From an uncultured Rickettsiales bacterium (GTDB taxonomy: Bacteria > Pseudomonadota > Alphaproteobacteria > Rickettsiales > UBA8987), in contig CAYULD010000004.1 of the NCBI GenBank assembly GCA_964445765.1, positions 83,296 through 147,295 on the forward strand: DNA of 64,000 nucleotides. The letters are read 5' to 3'. The notes below the pieces were generated by a model. The model was given only the letters and a program-made list of their open reading frames with translations, was not told the DNA's origin and ran no database searches. Position numbers and translations under genes: made by a program. Positions within the stretch are counted from its first letter, which is position 1. Each line of letters begins with the position of its first letter. Below, in pieces: positions 37,183 to 47,067 of the stretch.

Positions 37183-37899
37183 ATGTCATTAAATAATATA
37201 TATGTAATACTTTCAAAGCCTCAGATGGGTGAAAATATTGGTGCGGTTGCAAGGGTGATGAAAAATTTTGGCGTTCTTAATTTAAGAATTATAAGCCCAA
37301 GAGATGGTTGGCCAAATGAAAAGGCTTATGAAATGTCTGCCCACGCAAAAGATGTTATAAAAAATGCTGAAATATTTGAAAATCTTAATGATGCAATAGC
37401 TGATTTAAGTTACTTAGTTGCAACAGCAGCGAATAGAAGGGATATGGCAAAAGAAATTATAAACCCTGAAATTTCAGCTAAAAAAATTTCAAAAAAAATT
37501 ATTAATAATAAATGTGGAATATTATTTGGAAGGGAATCAAGTGGTTTGAGTAACGAAGAAATATCGGCATCAAATCAAATGGTTACTATTCCAACTGGAG
37601 AAATTTACCCATCACTAAATATTTCTCAGGCTTGTTGTGTGATGCTATATGAGGTTTTTAAGCAAGTTTCAAATGGTAAAAAATTAATTAATAATAATTT
37701 ATCTGAAATTATTGCAAATAAATCTGAATATTTATCTTTGGTTAATTTTCTTGAAGAAAAATTAGAGCAAAAAAACTTTTTTCAAGTTAAAGAAAAAAAG
37801 AAAAATATGATGTTAAATATAAAAAATATTTTTACAAAAAATGATTATACTGAACAAGAAATTAAAACTCTTAAAGGTATTTTTGCTCTAATAAAATAA
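37183..37899 (+). CDS. SpoU/TrmH-family RNA 2'-O-methyltransferase (TrmJ/LasT-like)
   Basis: GENIGAVARVMKNFG, ILFGRESSGLSNEE and LNISQA motifs are present. Confidence 0.8.
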   Translation: MSLNNIYVILSKPQMGENIGAVARVMKNFGVLNLRIISPRDGWPNEKAYEMSAHAKDVIKNAEIFENLNDAIADLSYLVATAANRRDMAKEIINPEISAKKISKKIINNKCGILFGRESSGLSNEEISASNQMVTIPTGEIYPSLNISQACCVMLYEVFKQVSNGKKLINNNLSEIIANKSEYLSLVNFLEEKLEQKNFFQVKEKKKNMMLNIKNIFTKNDYTEQEIKTLKGIFALIK

Positions 37900-37909
37900 A
37901 GATTTTTCT

Positions 37910-40588
37910 ATGCATAGTGCAACTTATAAAAGGCTATTTATTGTTGATGGATATTCCTATGTTTTTAGGGCTTATCACTCTTTGCCGCCTCTTACAAATA
38001 AGGCTGGGCTTCCAGTTGGTGCGGTTTATGGCTTTACAAATATGATTATGAAATTAAAAAATAAAGTAAGCACAAATAATGCTGAAAATATTTATTTAAT
38101 ATTAGTTTTTGACTCTGGCAGAGATAGTTTTAGGAATGAAATTTACCCAAATTATAAAGCTAATCGCCCTGAAGCACCAGAAGATCTCAAACCTCAATTT
38201 GAAATAGTAAGGGAAGCCGCGATTGCATTAAATCTTGAACCCATTGAAGTTATTGGCTTTGAAGCTGATGATATTATTGCCTCATACGCAAAAGTTGCAA
38301 AGCAAGAAGGGTTTAAGGTTACTATAGTTTCTATTGATAAAGATTTAATGCAGTTAGTTGATGATGATATAAATATGTATGACCCAATGCGGGATAGGGT
38401 TATAACAAGCAAAGAAGTTCAAGAAAAATTTGGTGTTATGCCTCATCAAGTTTTAGATGTGTTGGCTTTAATGGGTGACAGCTCAGATAATATACCCGGT
38501 GCGAAAGGAATTGGAATAAAAACTGCCGCAGAATTAATTAATCAATTTGGTGATATTGACAATTTAATCAATAACTTATCGCAGGTTAAGCAGGAAAAAA
38601 GAAGAAATATTTTATCAGAAAATATAAATAATATTTATTTATCAAAAAAATTAGCCTCATTAGATTTTAATGTTCCACTAAATTATAATTTTGAAAATTT
38701 TAGAATTAAAGAAAATGATGAAAATATATTATATGATTTTCTGAATAAGTATAATTTTAATTCTTTATTGTCAAAATTAAAAATTAAAAAAGAATTAAAT
38801 TTGGAAAACTCTGTTGTAGTAAATAATAATTCCCAAAATAACATTAATATAAGTAAATCCGAATTTAATTTTTTAGAAATTAAAGAGGTTTCTGCTAATC
38901 AACCTTCTGATTTATTGGCGTTATTTGATAGGCGTAGCCTTCAGAATATATATATATATTATTCTGAAATTGAGAGTTGCAAATTGCAAATTTTATTTTC
39001 AAATTATGAATATTGTGTTTTAGATGTATCAGGTTTGTTTGAGGTAAAAGATGGGGAATTATTTACTGAAAATAAAAATAATTACTCAAGAGATTATATA
39101 AATATTATTCAGAAAAAATTTTTTGATAATTCTAATAAATTTATTTTTTATGACGCAAAAAATTTATTAGAAAAAAACATTTTTCAAAAATTACCTAATA
39201 ATTTTGACGATATAAAAATTATTTCATATTTATTATTTGGCTCAGGTGATAAAATTAATTTTAATTATTTAATAAATAAATTTATTTCCGGAGATTATAT
39301 AAATCAAAATGTTAAAGTTAATTTAATGGATTTTATTTATAATAAATTAAATTATTTATTATTTATTTCTAAGCAAAATTTTATTTATAATGAAATTGAA
39401 ATTCCATTAATTAGCATTTTATTTAATATGCAAAAATTTGGAATTAAGTTAGATTTACAAAAATTAAAAGATTTGGAAAGCCAATTTAATAATTTATTAT
39501 TAAAATTAACATCTGAAATTTATTTATTGGCTAATTGTGAATTTAATGTTGCCTCCCCAAAACAATTAGGGGAGGTTTTATTTGATAAATTAAAATTACC
39601 TGCCCCTAAAAAAAGTAAGACGGGTCAATATGTTACTGATATTGATGTGCTGGAAGATTTATCAGCTTCTGGTTTTGAAATTGCCTCAAAAATTATTGAG
39701 CATCGCTCAATTTCAAAATTACTCTCAACTTACATAGTCTCTTTACAAAAAGAAGTTAATAATATTACAAAAAGGGTTCATACTCATTTTAATAATACTG
39801 CAACAACAACTGGAAGGCTCTCTTCAACGAATCCTAATTTGCAAAATATTCCAATAAAAACAGAGGAAGGCAGAAAAATTAGAGATGCCTTCATTGCAGA
39901 AGAAGGAAAAGTTTTAATTGGTGCGGATTATTCTCAGATTGAATTAAGGCTTCTTGCGGAGATTGCGGATATAAAATCACTAAAGCAGGCGTTTTTAGAG
40001 AGTAAAGATATTCACCAAGCAACAGCCTCAGAAGTTTTTGGTGTTCCATTAAGTGAGGTTAACTCAGAATTAAGAAGGAAGGCAAAGGCAGTAAATTTTG
40101 GTATTATATATGGGCAAAGTGCTTTTGGGCTTGCTAATCAGCTAAAAATTTCGCGTGCGGAGGCAAAAAATATCATTGATAGATATTTTTCTCGTTATCC
40201 TGAAATTAAAATTTATATGGATAAAACCATTGATTTTGCCCATAAAAATGGCTTTGTAACAACAATTATGGGAAGAAAAATTTATCTACCAAATATAAAT
40301 GATAAAAATGCAACTTTGCGTGCATTTCAAGAGAGGGCTTCAATAAACGCACCACTTCAAGGTAGTTCAGCTGATATTATAAAATTAGCAATGATAAATA
40401 TTTCTAAGGCAAATATTTCTGCAAATTTATTACTGCAAATTCACGATGAGCTTATTTTTGAAGTGTCTTCAGAAAATGCTAAAAGTGAGGCTTTAATTAT
40501 AAAAAAGCTGATGGAAAATGTAATTAATCTCTCAGTGCCATTAATTGTAGATACAAAAATTGGCAATAATTGGGGCGAGGTTCATTGA
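37910..40588 (+). CDS. polA: DNA polymerase I
   Basis: It has the 5'-nuclease domain (FIVDGYSYVFRAYH, GDSSDNIPG) and polymerase motifs A, B and C (LIGADYSQIELR, RRKAKAVNFGIIYG, QIHDELIFE). The central region is N/I/K-rich and divergent. Confidence 0.95.
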   Translation: MHSATYKRLFIVDGYSYVFRAYHSLPPLTNKAGLPVGAVYGFTNMIMKLKNKVSTNNAENIYLILVFDSGRDSFRNEIYPNYKANRPEAPEDLKPQFEIVREAAIALNLEPIEVIGFEADDIIASYAKVAKQEGFKVTIVSIDKDLMQLVDDDINMYDPMRDRVITSKEVQEKFGVMPHQVLDVLALMGDSSDNIPGAKGIGIKTAAELINQFGDIDNLINNLSQVKQEKRRNILSENINNIYLSKKLASLDFNVPLNYNFENFRIKENDENILYDFLNKYNFNSLLSKLKIKKELNLENSVVVNNNSQNNINISKSEFNFLEIKEVSANQPSDLLALFDRRSLQNIYIYYSEIESCKLQILFSNYEYCVLDVSGLFEVKDGELFTENKNNYSRDYINIIQKKFFDNSNKFIFYDAKNLLEKNIFQKLPNNFDDIKIISYLLFGSGDKINFNYLINKFISGDYINQNVKVNLMDFIYNKLNYLLFISKQNFIYNEIEIPLISILFNMQKFGIKLDLQKLKDLESQFNNLLLKLTSEIYLLANCEFNVASPKQLGEVLFDKLKLPAPKKSKTGQYVTDIDVLEDLSASGFEIASKIIEHRSISKLLSTYIVSLQKEVNNITKRVHTHFNNTATTTGRLSSTNPNLQNIPIKTEEGRKIRDAFIAEEGKVLIGADYSQIELRLLAEIADIKSLKQAFLESKDIHQATASEVFGVPLSEVNSELRRKAKAVNFGIIYGQSAFGLANQLKISRAEAKNIIDRYFSRYPEIKIYMDKTIDFAHKNGFVTTIMGRKIYLPNINDKNATLRAFQERASINAPLQGSSADIIKLAMINISKANISANLLLQIHDELIFEVSSENAKSEALIIKKLMENVINLSVPLIVDTKIGNNWGEVH

Positions 40589-40598
40589 GTTTTGCAAC

Positions 40599-41555
40599 CT
40601 AGTTCAATATCTCAGTAATATTATTATATTTTCTTTCAATAAGGGCTTTTTGACGAAGTTCTTTAATATATCTTTTTGATTGGGTTTCCATTTTTTCAGC
40701 GAATAATTTTTCTCTGATAGAGTTTTTATCATTGGCTGGATCAATAATCTTTCTTTCATTAACAAGAATAATTACATATAAATTGTCAACAAATATTGGC
40801 TCAGAAATTTTGCCAGTTTGAGTTTTCATAACCTCAGATTTAATGGGCTCCATAATTTTATCTTCTTCAATCCAGCCAACTAAACCGCCCCTTATGGCAG
40901 TTTTACCAACTGAATATTTTGAGGCTAAATCACCAAAATCTCGCTCACCAGAATTAACGGTTGTAATAATTTTATCTAGAAGCTCAAATGTTGAAGAATT
41001 ATCATCAAACTCTTTTGGGATTACAATTTCAGAAATATTAACCAAGGTTTGCTTTTTAATATTTGTTAATTCTTTTTGTTTATCGGCAATTTCTTTATCG
41101 GTGATTAAAATTTGTGATCTTAAAAATCTTGAGAGGGTTTTTTTCCATTGCACGCCTGCTTTAATTTGTTCAACGGTTGCATTGTAAGAAACACCCCTTG
41201 CGTTTAAGAATTTCTTAAAGCCCCCTTTTTCAATACCATTTTTAGTTTCTAAATCAGAAATAGCTTGTTTAAGCTCATCTTCAGTGATTTCAATTCCTTT
41301 AGATTTTGCTTCTTGATTTTGTAAAGTTTCATTGATTAAAACTTCCATAGCTTCTTTGGTTACCTTTTCTTTAACTTCCTTGCTATTTGGCATTCCCGCG
41401 GAGCTAATAATAAGATTAACCCTATCTTTAAGTTGGATATTAGAAATTGATTCACCATTAACAACTGCAATAACTTTATAAGTAATAGCATTACTAATAG
41501 AAGGAAGAAGCCCTGCTAAAATAAAGAAAAGATTAAAAATTATAATTTTTCTCAT
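40599..41555 (-). CDS. surA: SurA-like periplasmic chaperone / parvulin-type peptidyl-prolyl isomerase
   Basis: It has a signal peptide, a SurA N-domain-like region and a parvulin domain (GGLVGWI...). It lies downstream of lptD, as in many proteobacteria. Confidence 0.75.
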   Translation of the reverse strand: MRKIIIFNLFFILAGLLPSISNAITYKVIAVVNGESISNIQLKDRVNLIISSAGMPNSKEVKEKVTKEAMEVLINETLQNQEAKSKGIEITEDELKQAISDLETKNGIEKGGFKKFLNARGVSYNATVEQIKAGVQWKKTLSRFLRSQILITDKEIADKQKELTNIKKQTLVNISEIVIPKEFDDNSSTFELLDKIITTVNSGERDFGDLASKYSVGKTAIRGGLVGWIEEDKIMEPIKSEVMKTQTGKISEPIFVDNLYVIILVNERKIIDPANDKNSIREKLFAEKMETQSKRYIKELRQKALIERKYNNITEILN

Positions 41556-41602
41556 AATATTAAATTTTATTAAGAAATATTTATATAGAAAAAATTAATA
41601 GA

Positions 41603-43807
41603 TTAACTTCCAAGATTTGCAAAGTTTAATTGTAATAAAATTTCAGTTGAAGGTTCAATATCTCTATCTCTAGTTAAATCTCTATTAACTTCTAAAGTGG
41701 TTGTTATGCAATCATGCGTATAACTCAAACCACCGCCAATATTAACCCAGCCGGCGGCGGTTGGGTCATTATCCATATTTCTTCTGGCTCTACTTAACAA
41801 AGACCAGTTATTATCAATAGCATAGGAAGCTGTGCCAAAAAGCTCTTGCCTATCTCTACTAAATATTGAGTTATCAACGAATGTGTAACCAACATTCAGC
41901 GTAATTGGCTGATAATTTATGCCAACGCTTGCCTCATTTCTTTTGAACTTAAAGCTATCTTTATCAAGCCTAAACCTGTAATTAGTGAATAAATTTTGAT
42001 TGTTATAAATGCTCACCCTACCAACATAGTCAGAAAAATTATCAGCAAGCCCAGATTCAACGCCAAGTATTGATTCATCAGTGGTAACACGATAATTTTG
42101 ACCAAATAAAACAGATATATCGCCAATTTCTTCTCCTGAAATAACGCTTCTTAAGCCATAATTAACCCTTGCACCACCTTCTAAAATATCTAGCCCTGAA
42201 ATATGATGCTCTTGAAATAGATTATAATCTTGAAGCTCTATGGCTTGGCTATCTTCATTTGGAATTCTTAAATCATTAATGCCATTTGGTGAAACTATAC
42301 CCATTACGATTGGCGAAAATACTAAGTTATAATTTGAAAACTGGTTAATGAAGGGATATTCCCAAGTTAGTGAGCTTTCAGGAACTAGCCTATATATACT
42401 GCCTTGATATTCAACATTATTGGCTTGTGCAACTTCATCAACAAAGAAATAATCACCCCTGCCAGTAACATCTAAGGTAAAAAGCTGACCATTTTCAAGC
42501 GTATGAGAGGCATTGTAAGAGGTTTTTCCAACAATTCTTGTACTTTGTGCACCTTGAGAACGCCTCAAAACCATTGTATTTAAGTCTAAATTGAGTTTTT
42601 GATTATATTCATCATCAATTTTATAAGTTTTACCAGCTTCAACAATAGGTAATACAAATGGTGTAATATCAGGGTTATCACCCACTCTTAAGCCTTGAAA
42701 AGAGAGGGCTTTTGCAACAAAATATTTTCTATCTTCATCTTTGAATCTTTCAATTCTTGCTTCGCTTGTTAGCCAGTCTTGAAAATCAATGTTATATCTT
42801 CTTAAATATGTATCATCAGTTGATCTTCTAGCGTCAAATAAGAACTCCCAATCATTTTCAAATTTATAATTACCAAAACCGAAAATATGGCCTCTAAAAC
42901 CTTTTTCTTGAACTCTAACTGGGGAAGTTAAATCATCAGGGCCATCGGTATAAATGCCCCCCACATCAAATTGGTAGTAGCCGTTATAAAGTAAATGCCT
43001 CATTTGTGTTTGAAGCATAAGCCCATCAAAACTCATATATCTAGGCCTAAAAGTAAAATCCATATTTTGCTTGGCTTGATAATAATATGGAACTTCCAAA
43101 AATGTTCCAAAAATACCAGAAGAGCCAAAGGCAGGCGTTAAAAAACCACTTTTACTTTTTGCAAATGGCGTTGGGTGAGAAATATAAGGCGTATAGCCAA
43201 GTGGACGATTTAGAATATCCATATAGGCATCTTTATAATAAACCCTGCCATCATCTTCGTTATAAACAATATCTTTTGCCCTAATTCGCCATAAATATTC
43301 ATCATTGCAAGGCTTGCAGGGTGAGTAAAAGGAATCTTCAAGTTGATATTTCTTCTCACCTAATATTTTAACTTTTTTTGATTTTAAGATTGAGCCATCA
43401 TCAAGCGTTCCCTCAACATCTTTAAGCACACCTTTAGTAAATTTATCATTTGTAACAAGCTCAGAAGCCTTAAAATTTGTGCCTTGTGCACTTTTGAAAA
43501 TAACCCCTGTTTCGGCGCTAATCATTTGGGTTTTTCTATCATAAACGATTTTTTCTGCCTGTAATTGTTTATCCTGATATTTAATATCTACATTATCAGT
43601 TGCAGTTAAAACTTTTGTGTTAACATCATAGAATAAATTACCTGCTTCTATACTGGCTTTTGGCTCTGCTTTTTTAGGCTTTACTTCATCAATTTTTTTA
43701 ACTTCTTGAGATTTTGAATAATCAATTTTTGAAGATGAAACACTTGTAGAAGCAAATAAAATTGCCACTGAAAATAAAACAGAAAAACTTTTATTATAAT
43801 TTCGCAA
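41603..43807 (-). CDS. lptD: LPS-assembly outer-membrane protein LptD
   Basis: It has a signal peptide, an OstA-like N-domain, a large beta-barrel, and lptG-lptD-surA context. TTG start. Confidence 0.9.
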   Translation of the reverse strand: MRNYNKSFSVLFSVAILFASTSVSSSKIDYSKSQEVKKIDEVKPKKAEPKASIEAGNLFYDVNTKVLTATDNVDIKYQDKQLQAEKIVYDRKTQMISAETGVIFKSAQGTNFKASELVTNDKFTKGVLKDVEGTLDDGSILKSKKVKILGEKKYQLEDSFYSPCKPCNDEYLWRIRAKDIVYNEDDGRVYYKDAYMDILNRPLGYTPYISHPTPFAKSKSGFLTPAFGSSGIFGTFLEVPYYYQAKQNMDFTFRPRYMSFDGLMLQTQMRHLLYNGYYQFDVGGIYTDGPDDLTSPVRVQEKGFRGHIFGFGNYKFENDWEFLFDARRSTDDTYLRRYNIDFQDWLTSEARIERFKDEDRKYFVAKALSFQGLRVGDNPDITPFVLPIVEAGKTYKIDDEYNQKLNLDLNTMVLRRSQGAQSTRIVGKTSYNASHTLENGQLFTLDVTGRGDYFFVDEVAQANNVEYQGSIYRLVPESSLTWEYPFINQFSNYNLVFSPIVMGIVSPNGINDLRIPNEDSQAIELQDYNLFQEHHISGLDILEGGARVNYGLRSVISGEEIGDISVLFGQNYRVTTDESILGVESGLADNFSDYVGRVSIYNNQNLFTNYRFRLDKDSFKFKRNEASVGINYQPITLNVGYTFVDNSIFSRDRQELFGTASYAIDNNWSLLSRARRNMDNDPTAAGWVNIGGGLSYTHDCITTTLEVNRDLTRDRDIEPSTEILLQLNFANLGS

Positions 43808-43851
43808 AATTAAAGAGGTTTAATTTTAATGTATGAAATTTCTGGGAAATT

Positions 43852-44961
43852 CTAGCCATCTTCATAATGAAGCACCAGCCCAACACCTATAAGTAATGTA
43901 ATAATTATCGGCGACCAACCTGCAACAAAAACTGGCAATGAGCCTGATAAACCAAGTGAATAAATTAAATTTGTTACAAAATAAATCACAAAACCAAATA
44001 TTAATGCAAGGGTAATTGAATATCCAGTTTGAGAATGCCTAGCGGTTTTTAAGCAGAAAATTGCACCAATTAAAACCATTGATGCGTAAAAGATAGGGCT
44101 AGAAAGCAATTTATAAAAATGCATTAAATGTCCAAAATAAAAAAAGCCACTATCAGATAATTTTTTTATAAATTTTGGCAATTTCCAAAATGGCACAGAT
44201 TCAGGAACATCAAAACTTTTTTGAATATCATTGAAATTAACATTGGTTTCAATTTCATAATTAGAATAATTATAGGATTGATTTTTCTTATCATAAAAAG
44301 TTGCATTTTCTAAAATCCACTTACCATTTTTTAGAGTTGCTGAAGGTGATTTTATATAAAAAGAATATTTATTCTTTTTATTATAAGCAAAAATATTTAC
44401 ATTATTAAGTTTTACAACCTCACCTTTTTGAGCATTTTCCGCGTGGATTATAATTTCATATTTCTTGTTATTTCTTTTATAAGATTGCTTTATCCAAAGC
44501 CCTGATTCTGAAAACAACATTGGGTTTTCAATGTTAGTTTCAAAATATTTCTTTTCCAACTTTTCGTGGGTGGAATACATAAAAGATGAGATGGGGTTTA
44601 TGACCATTGAAACTAATGCTCCTAACATAAAAGCCGTAAAAACTGCTGGAAATAAAAACTCCCAAACTGAAACACCTGCGGAGCGTATAATAACTAACTC
44701 ACTTTTTTTACTCATATTATTAAAGCATAAAACTGATGTTATGAGGATTATAAAAGGCATCACAGTTTGTAATAAATGAGGCATTTTTAGCAATACCATT
44801 TGAAAAATCACATAAGTTGGAATTGTTCTATTGGCTGATTTTCTAAGAAGTTCAGCCCCATCAACCATAAAGATTAAAACGCTAAAAATAGCCAGTATTG
44901 TTAAGTAGAAAAATACAAAATTTCTAACTATATATGAATATAAAGTTAAGGGTAATATCAT
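43852..44961 (-). CDS. lptG: LptF/LptG-family LPS export permease
   Basis: MILPLTLYSYIVRNF... is the typical YjgP/YjgQ N-terminus. It has six TM segments with a periplasmic beta-jellyroll insert. Confidence 0.75.
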   Translation of the reverse strand: MILPLTLYSYIVRNFVFFYLTILAIFSVLIFMVDGAELLRKSANRTIPTYVIFQMVLLKMPHLLQTVMPFIILITSVLCFNNMSKKSELVIIRSAGVSVWEFLFPAVFTAFMLGALVSMVINPISSFMYSTHEKLEKKYFETNIENPMLFSESGLWIKQSYKRNNKKYEIIIHAENAQKGEVVKLNNVNIFAYNKKNKYSFYIKSPSATLKNGKWILENATFYDKKNQSYNYSNYEIETNVNFNDIQKSFDVPESVPFWKLPKFIKKLSDSGFFYFGHLMHFYKLLSSPIFYASMVLIGAIFCLKTARHSQTGYSITLALIFGFVIYFVTNLIYSLGLSGSLPVFVAGWSPIIITLLIGVGLVLHYEDG

Positions 44962-45089
44962 AAAAACTGAGCTTTTACCTAAATTTTATAAAGAAAATTA
45001 TTATATCGCTAAAAAAATAATTTTAGCTATCTTGCAATAACATAATATGCAATTATATAAAATCTATAATAATCAGAAAAAGGAGATTT

Positions 45090-47021
45090 ATGAGCAAAAT
45101 TATCGGAATTGACTTAGGAACAACAAATTCCTGCGTTGCTATTATGGATGGTAAAGACCCAAAAGTTCTTGAAAACGCTGAAGGCAGAAGAACCACCCCT
45201 TCAATTGTTGGCTTTACAGATAATGATGAAATTTTAGTTGGTGAGCCTGCAAAACGCCAGATGGTAACAAATGGCAAAGGCACTATCTATGCAGTTAAAA
45301 GGCTAATTGGCAGAAGATTTGATTCTCCAACCACTAATAGTATGAAAAAACTTGTGCCATTTGATATTGTTGGTGCAGATAATGGTGATGCTTGGGTTGA
45401 AGTTAAAGGCAAAAAATATTCTCCATCAGCAATTTCTGCATATACACTTCAGAAAATGAAAGAAACAGCTGAGGCTTTTCTTGGTGAGAAAGTTGAAAAG
45501 GCCGTTATTACAGTTCCAGCATATTTTAATGATGCTCAAAGGCAAGCAACTAAAGATGCAGGCAGAATTGCAGGGCTTGAAGTTCTTAGAATTATTAATG
45601 AGCCAACTGCCGCTGCACTTGCTTATGGACTAGATAAAAAAGAAGCAAAAACAATAGCGGTTTATGATTTAGGTGGCGGAACTTTTGATATTTCAATCCT
45701 AGAATTAGGTGATGGTGTTTTTGAGGTTAAATCAACTAACGGTGATACTTTCTTAGGTGGTGAAGATTTTGATTTAAGAATCCAAGATTTCCTAGCTAAT
45801 GAATTTCAGAAAGATAATGGTATTGACTTAAGAAAAGATCCTCTAGCATTAACAAGGCTTAAAGAAGCTGCTGAAAAAGCGAAGATTGAACTTTCTTCTT
45901 CTCAAGAAACTGAAATTAACTTGCCTTATATTACCGCTGATGCAACAGGGCCAAAACATCTTAAAGTTAAAATGACAAGATCTCAACTTGAAAAACTTGT
46001 TGATGATCTTATTGAAAAAACTATTGAGCCTTGCAAAAATGCTCTTAAAGATGCAGGTGCTTCAGTTAGCGATATTGATGAAGTTGTTCTTGTGGGTGGT
46101 ATGACAAGAATGCCAAAAGTAATTCAAAGGGTTAAAGAATTTTTTGGTAAAGAGCCTCACAGAGGTGTAAACCCTGATGAAGTAGTTGCAATCGGTGCGG
46201 CTATCCAAGCAGGCGTTTTACAAGGTGATGTGAAAGATGTTCTTTTACTTGATGTAACGCCTTTATCACTTGGCATTGAAACTATGGGCGGTGTTTTCAC
46301 AAGATTAATTGATAGAAACACAACTATTCCAACTCGTAAATCTCAAATTTTCTCAACTGCGGAAGATAACCAAACTGCGGTTACAATAAGGGTTTATCAA
46401 GGTGAAAGGGAAATTGCCGCACAAAATAAATTTTTAGGCCAGTTTAACTTAGAAAATATTCCACCAGCTCCAAGGGGTGTTCCACAAGTGGAAGTTACCT
46501 TTGATATTGATGCAAATGGTATAGTTAATGTTTCTGCAAAAGATAAAGCCACTAATAAAGAGCAGAAAATTACCATTCAAGCATCAAGCGGCTTAACTGA
46601 GGCTGAAATCCAAAAAATGATTAAAGAAGCAGAAGCAAACGCAGAAGCGGATAAAAAAAGAAAGGAAATAATTGAAGAGAAAAATAAAGCAGATAGCCTT
46701 ATTTACAGCACCGAAAAGAGCTTAAAGGAATATTCTGATAAAATTTCTGACCAAGATAAGAAGGCCATTGAGCAAGCCCTAGCTGATCTCAAAAAATCAG
46801 TTGAAGGTGAAGATGCAACTGAAATTAAGCAAAAAATTGCAAATCTTCAAACGGCTTCCTCTAAAATTGGTGAGGCTATGTATGCGGCTTCTCAAGCGGG
46901 TGCAGGCTCAGAGGGTAATGCAAATTCTTCAGGCTTTTCATCTGGCAACGGCAATAATAACGAGGGCGTTGTTGATGCAGAATATGAAGAAGTTGATGAT
47001 AACAAAAAGAAATCAGCCTAG
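45090..47021 (+). CDS. dnaK: Molecular chaperone DnaK
   Basis: [21 protein letters not shown] and full-length Hsp70 collinearity. Confidence 0.98.
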   Translation: MSKIIGIDLGTTNSCVAIMDGKDPKVLENAEGRRTTPSIVGFTDNDEILVGEPAKRQMVTNGKGTIYAVKRLIGRRFDSPTTNSMKKLVPFDIVGADNGDAWVEVKGKKYSPSAISAYTLQKMKETAEAFLGEKVEKAVITVPAYFNDAQRQATKDAGRIAGLEVLRIINEPTAAALAYGLDKKEAKTIAVYDLGGGTFDISILELGDGVFEVKSTNGDTFLGGEDFDLRIQDFLANEFQKDNGIDLRKDPLALTRLKEAAEKAKIELSSSQETEINLPYITADATGPKHLKVKMTRSQLEKLVDDLIEKTIEPCKNALKDAGASVSDIDEVVLVGGMTRMPKVIQRVKEFFGKEPHRGVNPDEVVAIGAAIQAGVLQGDVKDVLLLDVTPLSLGIETMGGVFTRLIDRNTTIPTRKSQIFSTAEDNQTAVTIRVYQGEREIAAQNKFLGQFNLENIPPAPRGVPQVEVTFDIDANGIVNVSAKDKATNKEQKITIQASSGLTEAEIQKMIKEAEANAEADKKRKEIIEEKNKADSLIYSTEKSLKEYSDKISDQDKKAIEQALADLKKSVEGEDATEIKQKIANLQTASSKIGEAMYAASQAGAGSEGNANSSGFSSGNGNNNEGVVDAEYEEVDDNKKKSA

Positions 47022-47037
47022 TTATTTTCTGTAAAAC

Positions 47038-47067
47038 ATAAGCCCTTTCATATTTGAAAGGGCTTAT
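47038..47067 (+). terminator. Rho-independent terminator after dnaK
   Basis: A 13-bp stem ATAAGCCCTTTCA / TGAAAGGGCTTAT with loop TATT, followed by a T-rich run. Confidence 0.8.

Noticed and set aside
45053-45283. 76-aa minus-strand ORF across the dnaK start
   Set aside because: It is antisense to the most conserved part of dnaK ([10 protein letters not shown]), so it is a shadow ORF.
46801-47034. 77-aa alternative-frame ORF at the dnaK 3' end
   Set aside because: It lies within the conserved DnaK C-terminal region in another frame, and nothing supports an overlapping gene.
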